NCBI GenBank assembly: GCA_951406725.2 | Contig: OX597824.1 | Coordinates: forward strand, 65,410,001-65,474,000 | Direction: 5' to 3' | From: Octopus vulgaris | Lineage: Eukaryota | DNA: 64,000 bases | Shown: piece after piece, positions 41,308 to 50,986 of the stretch | Position numbering within the stretch: the stretch's first letter is position 1 | Layout of the letters: each line of letters opens with the position of its first letter | Made by a program: the position numbers and the translations under genes | Notes under the pieces: model-generated | What the model was told of the DNA's origin: nothing | The model's database searches: none | Seen by the model: only the letters and a program-made list of their open reading frames with translations

Positions 41308-42000
41308 TACACATACAACCACACGCATTCTGAATTCAAATCCTAATGGATTGAAGTTTGAGTTTTATGTCATTGGTGTCAATAAATATATGCCAATCGT
41401 GCACAAGGATAGTTTCAGTTTACTATAATTCTCTTGTTATGAATTTGTAAGAAAACTGTAGTGTGTGTGTGTGTGGGTGTGTGTGCGTGTGTGTGTGTGT
41501 GGGTGTGGGTGTGTGTGCGTGTGTGTGTGTGTGTCTATGCATGTATGTATTTAAATACTTGCACATACACAGTGTTCTTTTGTATAGCATCCGTTGACAG
41601 ATTCTATGTGCAAAGCATTGATCAGCCTGATGTTATAGTCCTCAGTGTAGTGGTATTGAACCTAGAATCAAATGGTTATGAAGTGAATTTCTGTGCCACA
41701 TACCCCTTCATGCACCCTTAAATTACATTGTCTATGTTTGTCTATATTTTTGTCATATTTGTACATATTTTAAAAATTTACTGTACAAATTTGAATTTTT
41801 ACTTCTTTTATCATGATGTACATTCACTGAGTGTTAATTTTTTTTCAGGGAAAGTTTAATTGAAACAAAATTATAAAAAGAAACAAAAACTATATACATA
41901 ATAGCTTTGAAATTTTATTGTCTATTATGTTCTGTAATTAAATTGTCATTCTCATATAAGTAATTAATCTATTTTTCATTTTTTATTTATTTACTTATAG

Positions 42001-42245
42001 ATGCTCCCGTATGGCTGTCATCTGCTATCGGCTGTTAGATTTAACAGGACCACTTCAGATTGGAGGCCTTCCTCATCTGCCTTCTTCATTTCCAATCAAA
42101 AATAAAGATTTTGTTGGTTGTATCAAGGACTTTCGTATCGACAATGTTTTACTTGACTTAAACACATCTGTTGCTGAAAAGGATACCCAGCCTGGTTGTG
42201 AACCAAAGAAAGATTTTTGTCTTTCATCTCCCTGCAAGCATGGAG
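42001..42245 (+). CDS. CELSR: CELSR exon, end of LamG1 and start of EGF (CSRMAVICYRLLDLTGPLQIGG...FCLSSPCKHG)
   Basis: Acceptor ttacttatag, donor gtttgt; phase 2 to 1. Confidence 0.93.
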
Positions 42246-42359
42246 GTTTGTTCTTTGAAATATGTTCTATAATTCTCTGTTGTTTATTCTCCACTTTTCC
42301 TCCTTCTTTTTAAAAGTTTTTTCAACAAGAATGAAATTTGGAAATTTGTACTTTTTTTT

Positions 42360-42700
42360 TCCCTTTTACTGGACTGAAGCCATGATAGAGTAATACCTTA
42401 AAGGGTTTTAGTCAAATGAATTGACCCCAGAACTAATTTTTATTCTATCAGTCTCTTTTGCTAAACTGCTAAGAAAAAATCAACACCATTTGTCAAGTAG
42501 TGGGGTGGGGGACAAATATAAACACACACACACACATGATGGGCTTCCTACAGTTCCTGTCTACCAAATCCACTTGCAAGGCTTTGGTTGGCCTGAGACT
42601 ATAGCAGAAGACACTTGCCCAAGGTGCCATGCAGTGAGATTGAACCTGGAACCATGTGGTTGGGAAGCAAGCATCTCACCACATGGCCACTCCTGTGCCT
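42360..42700 (-). mobile_element. tRNA-derived SINE, long form (second copy at 54665-55052)
   Basis: Head ggcacaggagtggccatgtggt...ggttcaatctcactgc; internal microsatellite; 3' part shared with 54665-54800. Confidence 0.82.
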
Positions 42701-43167
42701 ATATTTATTTATTATTATTTCATTTTTTTTTTCTTTGATAAAATATGATTTCAGTATTTCAATTGGATTTTAACCCTTTCTTGGCTATATGCAGCACACT
42801 GTCAATATGTTTCCATTGGTTCTCAAACAATTAAGTATTTGGAGGAATTTAGTCAAATAATTAACTATTACATTCATCTGTATGTTGGTATCAAAACATT
42901 CTTATATAAAATAATAATAAGTTCTTATCTCAATTTTTAATTGCAAGTAATTTACTTATTTTAACTAGAGAACAATTGTAAAGAATTCTTTTACTATTTT
43001 GGTTTTGAATAATTTAACTAAAAATGAATAAAAGAATTTTAAGTAAATAGAGTGTTCTAAGGAACTTTAGTTGTGAATGCCATGTTGATTATCATGTGTG
43101 TATGTATTGCTTGCTTTTAATTTTGTATATTTTTTTAAGCAACTAATTTTAAGCCATTAAATTGCAG

Positions 43168-43242
43168 GTACTTGCTCTGATTCATGGGATACTTTCCATT
43201 GTGAATGCTTACCAGGAACTGCTGGAAAAACATGTGAAGACT
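43168..43242 (+). CDS. CELSR: CELSR exon, EGF (GTCSDSWDTFHCECLPGTAGKTCED)
   Basis: Acceptor attgcag, donor gtaagt; 75 nt, phase 1 to 1; EGF cysteine spacing. Confidence 0.92.
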
Positions 43243-43416
43243 GTAAGTATATGTGGCTGTTGAAAGGGAAAGAAAGATATAATTTAAAATTTAAATAAGT
43301 TGGGAGGTCTGTATATCTTGAGGAGTTTGTGTTCAAATAACCACTTTTACCAAGGCATTTTACTTAACTCAATCCATTCTTGCAATTTGGTTGATAACTT
43401 CTACTTCTAAAGTACT

Positions 43417-43675
43417 TGTGGAGGCACGTGGCTTAGTGGTTAGGGTGTCAGCATCATGATCGTAAGATTGTGGTTTCAATTCCTGGACTGGGCGACAGGT
43501 GTTCTTGAGCAAAACACTTCATTTCACATTGCTCCAGTCGACTCAGCTGGCAAAAATGAGTAACGCTGCGATAGACTGCCGTCCCGTCCAGCTGGGGAAC
43601 ACATACACCATTGAAACTGGGAAACTGGGCCCATGAGCCTGGCTAGGCTTTAAAAGGGCACATTTATTTTATTTA
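43417..43675 (+). mobile_element. tRNA-derived SINE with target-site duplication (related copy at 55205-55400)
   Basis: A box TGGCTTAGTGG, B box GTTTCAATTCC, (ATTT)n tail; TCTAAAGTA duplicated at 43406-43414 and 43676-43684. Confidence 0.88.
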
Positions 43676-45658
43676 TCTAAAGTATTTAGTGTTGTTAGCA
43701 TGATGAAGAAATTCTAGCAATAAAAGTAAAAACCTTGCTGAAAGAATACATACATCATTGTAATCATCATCTTAATGTCCATTTTTCCATGCCTGCATGA
43801 GTTGGACAAAATTCATTGAAGCAAATTTGCTACAGCTGGATGCCCTTCCTCTCGCTAAACCTCACCTGTTTGCAAATAAGGCTACAGTTCTCCATGGCTA
43901 AATATATTTCCACAGAAGATTGGATTGGAAACAAAGGACATCATTTGAATGACAGTGATGCTTATACTATCACATAATGTCAAGACAAAGAAACACAAAC
44001 ACACACATCCACACCCATTCATATACATATGTATACAATGTTTTCTATGTATTAGATGTACTCACAAGGTTTTGCTGTGGCCCAGTGCTATAATAGAAGA
44101 CAGTTACCCAAGGTGCCATACAGTGGGATTGAACCCAAAACATGTGGTTAAGAAGTGAACTTTTTAACCACACGGTTATGTGTGCTCCTCACAGCCATCC
44201 TTGTTAGAATTTATAATCTTATCTTATTTACCATGTAAGGAGAAGGTAACAGATGTAAAACAAAAATTCAATGCAAGGTGTTATTGTAACAGTTCATACC
44301 AACTACAAAATGTAATCAATATGAATAGGCAATATTATTATGCTTTTTCCTTCAAGCCATCCTTTTTCTGATACATAAGAAAGATTAAAGAATGTACTGA
44401 AATGCACTTAATTCTGCTTTTCTCTCTCTACCCAACAGAATGATATTAGTTCCTTAGCAAAAATAACCTCTAAATTAACATTACACAGTTGCAAGAAGCA
44501 CCTGTTATCTGTCTGAAGTTACACAATCAAAGGAAATGATTCCACAAATCCTTATGGCTCAAGAAACTTGTGGTTGGAGACAGCATATAGAAATTATCCT
44601 GTTTAATTTATTATTATTTCTGCATATAAATGATTAGCTGTTTTGTTGCATAATTTCTGTTGAAAAACACTGTCTTTGTTTCACTTAAATTGGGAAATAA
44701 TGAAGAATTTAGTAAAGTAATTGTTTCATTATTAAGCTGGTATTAGGAACATAAATTATCATGGAATTTTGATGGAATTCAGTTGAATTGACTAACCACT
44801 TCCCTAAATTTGTGACCTTGTTGGAATGTTAGAATTTATTATAGGGAAGAGAAAAAGAAATATCCAGGACACATTCTTCATGAAAGCATAAAAGCAAGGT
44901 TGATGCTAATATACGTAATGTTGTGAGTCAAAAATTTTTAATTAAAATTATTCCTGTCATGAGGAGAGACAATCATTAGAATAATGATCAGTTCTAGTAA
45001 AAAAAAAACCCCAAAAGCAGGGAGTTGCCTCCAAAATCTGAAATAATTAAAATTAATTAGAAATAAAACATTGGAAGTGAGTCTGAATTTTAGCAATACA
45101 AACCCAGCTTTAAAGTCTGGTTAGTCTGCCTCAGTGAAGTATAGTCCTTACTAGCAGCATTGGCAGTCTCATATAGAATATTGGATTGAAGGCTTTATGG
45201 CATTTATTCCAACTCTATGCTCTGAGTTCAAATCCCTTTCATCCTTTTGGAGGTTGATTAAAAAGTACCAATACAGAGCATTAGATAAGTGGAACTGTAA
45301 GAACACCAGACTGGATGCTTTATGGTTTCTGTTCCAGCTCTTTACATTCTGATTTCAGATCCTGCCATGGCCAACTTGGATGATAGACTTAAAGACCTCC
45401 AGATAGTGGTAGTGTTAAATTATTTCAAGGGTGCTTTTAGCAGAGTCCATTCTATTGCCAGCATTCCAGTTTAAGAATATCTTCTTTCTTCCTTCCCAGA
45501 GGCCCTGTAATGGGTCATGGGCACTGCTTTTCCTCCTGAGAAAAATCAACAAAGAAAATATAATCTTTCTTACTTGTATTCTTGTTCATTCTTTCTTATA
45601 TGAGTTTCTATTCTCTCTTTTCTATGTTTAATTGTTTACTATTGTTTTTTCTTGTCAG

Positions 45659-45825
45659 TACTTGATCAATTCTATCAGCTTGAAGGCAATGGCTATTTGG
45701 CTTTCGATAACCCCAACCTGGATCAGATTGCATTCCCCTGGTATAATGGTATCTCTTTCCGGACTCGTGCAAAAGATGCTGTTCTACTTGATTTAATTAT
45801 TGATCAAGAAAAAGCTCTTCTCATG
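45659..45825 (+). CDS. CELSR: CELSR exon, LamG2 start (LDQFYQLEGNGYLAF...PWYNGISFRTRAKDAVLL...LLM)
   Basis: Acceptor ttcttgtcag, donor gtatgt; phase 1 to 0; PW..G.SFRTR motif. Confidence 0.92.
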
Positions 45826-45871
45826 GTATGTATATACTGAATATATATATATAATATTAACATACAGACAC

Positions 45872-45902
<31 letters not shown>

Positions 45903-46782
45903 GCATGTACAGAAGTATGTGCATATATATATTCTAAACCGTAGTATAATCACTGTATGTATGTTGTGTGTGTGTGTACTAATTTAAGTTTATTATTTAA
46001 AAACTAGTTTTAGAATAACAACTGAATATTTACTGATGGAGAGGCTCAATAGTAAAAGTAGAGTCAAATATATTTGAAATAAGTTTTGACTGAGACTTTG
46101 AGTCTCACATGACAGCTTGTTCAACCTGTTTAATAAATCATAAGGTAAACCTTAAACTCCCAGTGAAAACGAACTTTGCATACACACTCTCTCTTTCTCT
46201 GTATTTCTCTTCCTCTCTCCTCTCCTCACCTCTCTCTTTCACTCACACACAGTCACAGTGGGATTGTGTAAATGTCCAGATTGCAGTGAAGTGATGAAAA
46301 TTTCGACACGACATGGAAAAAATGGAAACTGAATTTATTAGTGTCTGTGTGATTTTAGATGGTTTAATATGAAAAGCAGTGCAAAGTGGCAAGCTGGCAG
46401 AATTTTTAGCATGCTGGGAAAAATGCTTAGTGGCATTTTGTCTGTCTTTACATTCTTAGTTCAGTTTTCCCCAAAGTCAGCTTTGGCTTCCATCCTTTCA
46501 GGGTCAATAAAATAAGTACCAGTTGAGAACTGGGGTTAATGTAATTGACTTACTTCTTTCCCTGAAATTACTGACCTTGTGCCAAAATTTGAGACAAATA
46601 TAAAGTATAGTGAACCTTATTGTTTGGGTACTTTTCAAGTTTATAATGAAATGAAATCTATGATACTAGTCCCCTAAAAAACAGAAAAAAGATTTGAGAA
46701 ACAATTTAGCTGTTAAATTAGCATATTTCCTTTAGGTGCTGTGGTATTTTGAATGTGAGTAAGAATATATATATATATATAT

Positions 46783-47671
46783 AAAGGAATACAAAAAAAT
46801 AGGACAAGAATGCAAAACATTCAGACAGCTAGATGATACAAAAAAGGGACAAGAAAAAACATGGATGGGTCATTTGAAGTTTTTTTTTCTCGGTCGAATT
46901 CCAGATTATCTTTGCAATTTCAGCTGGTTATACTGGAGATTGATCCAATCTGGCCAGCCCCAAGGAAAAACTAAGCTAAGAGCACTAGATTCCTTGGAAG
47001 AAAGTAGCAAATGTATATGAAAACAAGGTCAGAAAAAAATGGAGAAATGGTACACAAATACAAATGCAAATAACATGACATAACAACAGGTGTCTTTCGA
47101 CTAAGGTCAAATTAAATTAAGCTGGTGTGTGTGGAATATAGATGTTGTACAGATGGTAGTCGTACCAAGAAAGAAAGGTCAGGTTTGGCCGAACACCAAT
47201 CGTGTGGAGAGAGAGAAGAGAGTTAGAGACAGAGAGACAGAAGAATTAGGGAGGGACAAGAAAAAAGAAAAGGGACAGAATTAAGTGAAAGAGGAGGGAA
47301 GGTTAGAATGAAGAGAAAGCCAGGAAATGTGAGAGAGGGGGAACGAAAGAAAGATGAGTGGAAAGAATGAACTAAGCGTGAAGGGGCTGATAGAAAGAAA
47401 GGAAGAATGAATGAATAAGAGTCGTACAAAAATTTATATGTATATATATATACATATATATATGTACTTACATATAAGAAACCAAAGTGTTTGTATGCTG
47501 CAATATGCATATAAAAAGGAATACAAAAAATAGAACAAGAATGCAAAACATCCAGGCAGCTAGATGATACAAAAAAGGGACAAGAAAAAACACGGATGGG
47601 TCATTCGAAGCTTTCTTTCCTCAGTCGAGTTACAGATTATCTTTGCAATTTCAGCTGGTTATACTCAAGAT
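46783..47671. mobile_element. Non-coding element bounded by ~157-bp direct repeats, inserted in (TA)n (pLTR-like)
   Basis: aaaggaatacaaaaaa...cagattatctttgcaatttcagctggttatact..agatt at 46783-46940 and 47515-47671; purine-rich interior with no credible ORF. Confidence 0.75.
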
Positions 47672-47782
47672 TTATATATATTGCAGTCACAAATTAAATA
47701 ACCAAGAAATTTTTTATTTGTTTGGATCTCATGTTTGCTGTCAAGTAACTAACTGTTGGTGTTCTGAATTTTTTTATTGCAG

Positions 47783-47932
47783 TTGAAGGATGGTTTTGTG
47801 ACTTATAAGTTTCGACACCATAACATTGTATACCAACACAATCCAGTTGATGATGGTCAATGGCATTATGTACAAACAAGCTGGTACCAAGAAGAACTTA
47901 GTATTACTGTTGATTATATCAATGATACTATG
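47783..47932 (+). CDS. CELSR: CELSR exon, LamG2 (LKDGFVTYKF...VDDGQWHYVQ...DYINDTM)
   Basis: Acceptor tttattgcag, donor gtaaat; 150 nt, phase 0 to 0; DGQWH motif. Confidence 0.92.
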
Positions 47933-49157
47933 GTAAATTATATCTATCCTTTTTTCAATATGTATTGCATAGTCATTCAGTTCCAGTATAACCATTTAAT
48001 TACTACCAACCATGCCAGTATGCTCAAACAATCCTTGTTAGCTCATGTCTGTCAAATTCAAACACTTGATATAATAAATGAAGTAATATTCTGATGCTAG
48101 GAATACCTTTTTGGTTACTTATGAAAACACACTATTCTGTTTGTCTTTGTCAATACAGTTGAGAATATATAAAAAAAATTGTTATCACAGTTTAATGTTA
48201 ATGGAAGGGAGGAGATACAAATTTATAACATGGAGGAACTATCATTTGCTTTCTCTTCTAGTTTCTTGATGTCTAGTTCCCTACATTCTTCCAGACTTTC
48301 TAGTCTTGTATTTTAGCTTTTATGGCTCTATGTACTGTCATGTCACCATCTGTTTGGCTGGAGCTTTCTTTTCAGTATTTCATCTGGGTTTTATTTTTAA
48401 GACTCTGATTTCTGATGTCTTACTTCAGCTTTCATCTTTCTACCAATCATTTATCCAAGAATTCAAAGTATATATTGTTTGTACTAATCTCAACTATGAA
48501 GATAAACCCCTTTACCAATTTAAGGGGCTCTTCTTTCTTTGGAATGAAAACAGGAAAAAAAACTGAGAACCCTATCCACTCACTTATTTCTTTAATAGTT
48601 TGCACATTTCATGGTAGAATAATCTCATCCTTTCTGACAAAGAGTGAAAAACATGTAAACATAGATCATGTAAAAGTAATTATGAATAACAAAGATATAG
48701 AAACAATTTCATTTCAACCCAGTCTCTTGTCTTCAGTAAAACATCTGAAAGAATTATAATCTTTTTAAATAACTCTTTATATTCATTTTTCTATGCTGGA
48801 ATGGCCAGGATAGTTTAATTTTCTAAATATTTCACTGCATTTTGAAAAGAATGTTTTTACAGCTGTATGTTCTTTCTTTCATTAATCACTCAACCATTTA
48901 GTGAAAGTATTGCCTGCTTTCAGTTAAGTTAGAGCAAAGCAAGTAGTGTAATGTATTTTCCTTAAAGACTACAGAATGTCAGGATATCAAATTGTGACCA
49001 TCCACATCTTTAACCTCACAAAGCCTCGAGTAATGATGATAATAATAATAACAACAACAACAACAAAATAATAATAATAATAATAACAACAACAATAAAA
49101 TAATAATAACAACAACAATAATAAAATAATAATAATAAAAATAAAATAATAATAATA

Positions 49158-49189
<32 letters not shown>

Positions 49190-49769
49190 TAATAATGATA
49201 ATAATAATAAATAATAACTATTATATTATTATTATTATTCAAATAATATAATAATATATGATAAGTGCATGCATGGCTATGTGATTAGGGAGTTCACTTC
49301 CCAACTATGTGGTTTCAAATTCAGCCCCATTGTATAGTAACTTAAACAAATGTCTTCTATGATAACCCTTGGCCAATGAAAGCTTTGTGAGTGGTTGGTG
49401 GACGGAAACTGAAAGAAGCTTGTTGTGTATATGTGTGCATATGGCTAACCCTACTTTTTTCCATTGAAGGCCCAATATTAGACTATTTACCCTGATCACA
49501 ACTGGTACCACGTCTACGTTACCCTCTTGCATTCCAGTCTTGCCATTTCCACTTTCAGTTTGGAATACTTTGTGATTTTTTTTTCAACCTTTCTACTTGC
49601 AAATATTCACATGTGGTATGGCTACCTCAATCAATCAATCAATCAGCACCATTATTAAGCTCTCTACCACCATCTCATCATCATCATCATCATCATTATC
49701 ATCATTCATAACTTTGATGTTACAGATTATAACATTCTCCTCTTTATTTCTCTTTTGTTTGTTTTGCAG

Positions 49770-49883
49770 GAAGTGGGAAAAATTTCTTCTGATATACTGG
49801 GTAAAGATATAACTCGAATTTATATCGGTGCTTATTCAAAAGACAGCACTAACTTTACTGACTATTTTGTTGGATGTATTCGG
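49770..49883 (+). CDS. CELSR: CELSR exon, LamG2 end (EVGKISSDILGKDITRIYIGAYSKDSTNFTDYFVGCIR)
   Basis: Acceptor gttttgcag, donor gtgagt; 114 nt, phase 0 to 0; IYIG and FVGCI laminin-G motifs. Confidence 0.9.
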
Positions 49884-50449
49884 GTGAGTAACTTAAGATA
49901 ACTTCCTTCTATATTGTTTATTATTATCTTGGATTTGTATATTAGTTACAGAAGAGAAACTGTCTGTTAGAATAACTATAATACACAGGTAATATAATTC
50001 TAACTAATAACCGAAATCAGGTTGAAGTTATTCAATAGTATTATGGGTCTTTTTATATGTTAACGAAATTACACATACTATATTGTGTGCTGTACACGTG
50101 TAGCTTTACTACAGGTAAAAGCTACATGTATACACCTGATATGAATATGTCCCTAGTTAGCACATCATCATCATCATCATCGTCGTTTAACGTCCGTTCT
50201 CCATGCTAGCATGGGTTGGACGGTTCGACCGGGGTTCTGGGAAGCCAGAAGGCTGCACCAGGCTCCAGTCTAATTTGGCAATGTTTCTACAGCTGGATGC
50301 CCTTCCTAACGCCAACCACTCCGTGAGTGTAGTGGGTGCTTTTTACGTGCCACCTGCACAGGTGCCAGGTGGGGCTGGCAACGGCCACGGTCAGATTGGC
50401 GTATCTTATGTGCCACCGGCACGGGAGCCAGTCGAGGCGGTGCTGGCAT

Positions 50450-50905
50450 CGGCCACGAGTCGGATAGTGCTTTTTACGTACCACCAGACCAGGGATCCTG
50501 GCTGGTTCAATTCGATTTCGATTTCGCTTGCCCCAACATGTCTTCACAAGCAAAGGGGGTTGGCAAGGGTGCCTGTCGTACGGTCGCATTGGAGTATTTT
50601 ACGTGCCACGGCCACGAGTCGGATAGTGCTTTTTACGTACCATCAGACCAGGGATCCTGGCTGGTTCAATTCGATTTTGATTTCGCTTGCCCCAACATGT
50701 CTTCACAAGCAAAGGGGGTTGGCATGGGTGCCTGTCGTACGGTCGCATTGGAGTATTTTACGTGCCACGGCCACGAGTCGGATAGTGCTTTTTACGTACC
50801 ACCAGGCCAGGGATCCTGGCTGGTTCAATTCGGTTTCGATTTCGATTTCGCTTGCCCCAACATGTCTTCGCAAGCATGGGGGGTTGGCATGGGTGTCTGT
50901 CGTCG
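50450..50905. repeat. Tandem repeat, ~3 x 159 bp, in the LINE 3' UTR
   Basis: cggccacgagtcggatagtgctttttacgtacca starts at 50450, 50609 and 50768. Confidence 0.93.
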
Positions 50906-50986
50906 GATGAGGTTCTATATCGACTTCGCTTGCCTCAACCGGTCTTTGTGTCCAAGGGAGGAAAGGCATTCATAAGTGGGCTGGGC

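Noticed and set aside
47590-47630. Hammerhead-like CTGAGGA-AAG-AAAG-CTT-CGAAT on the minus strand of the direct repeat (similar at ~20345-20375)
   Set aside because: The second box is GAAT rather than GAAA and the stem II register is off; not supportable as a ribozyme without a family alignment.
50092-50132. Short hairpin gtgtagcttt...aaagctacat next to the LINE tail
   Set aside because: Short stem in AT-rich DNA with no supporting context.
50450-50905. CRISPR-like regularly spaced repeats
   Set aside because: The units are full-length tandem copies with no unique spacers, in a eukaryotic LINE 3' UTR with no cas genes.
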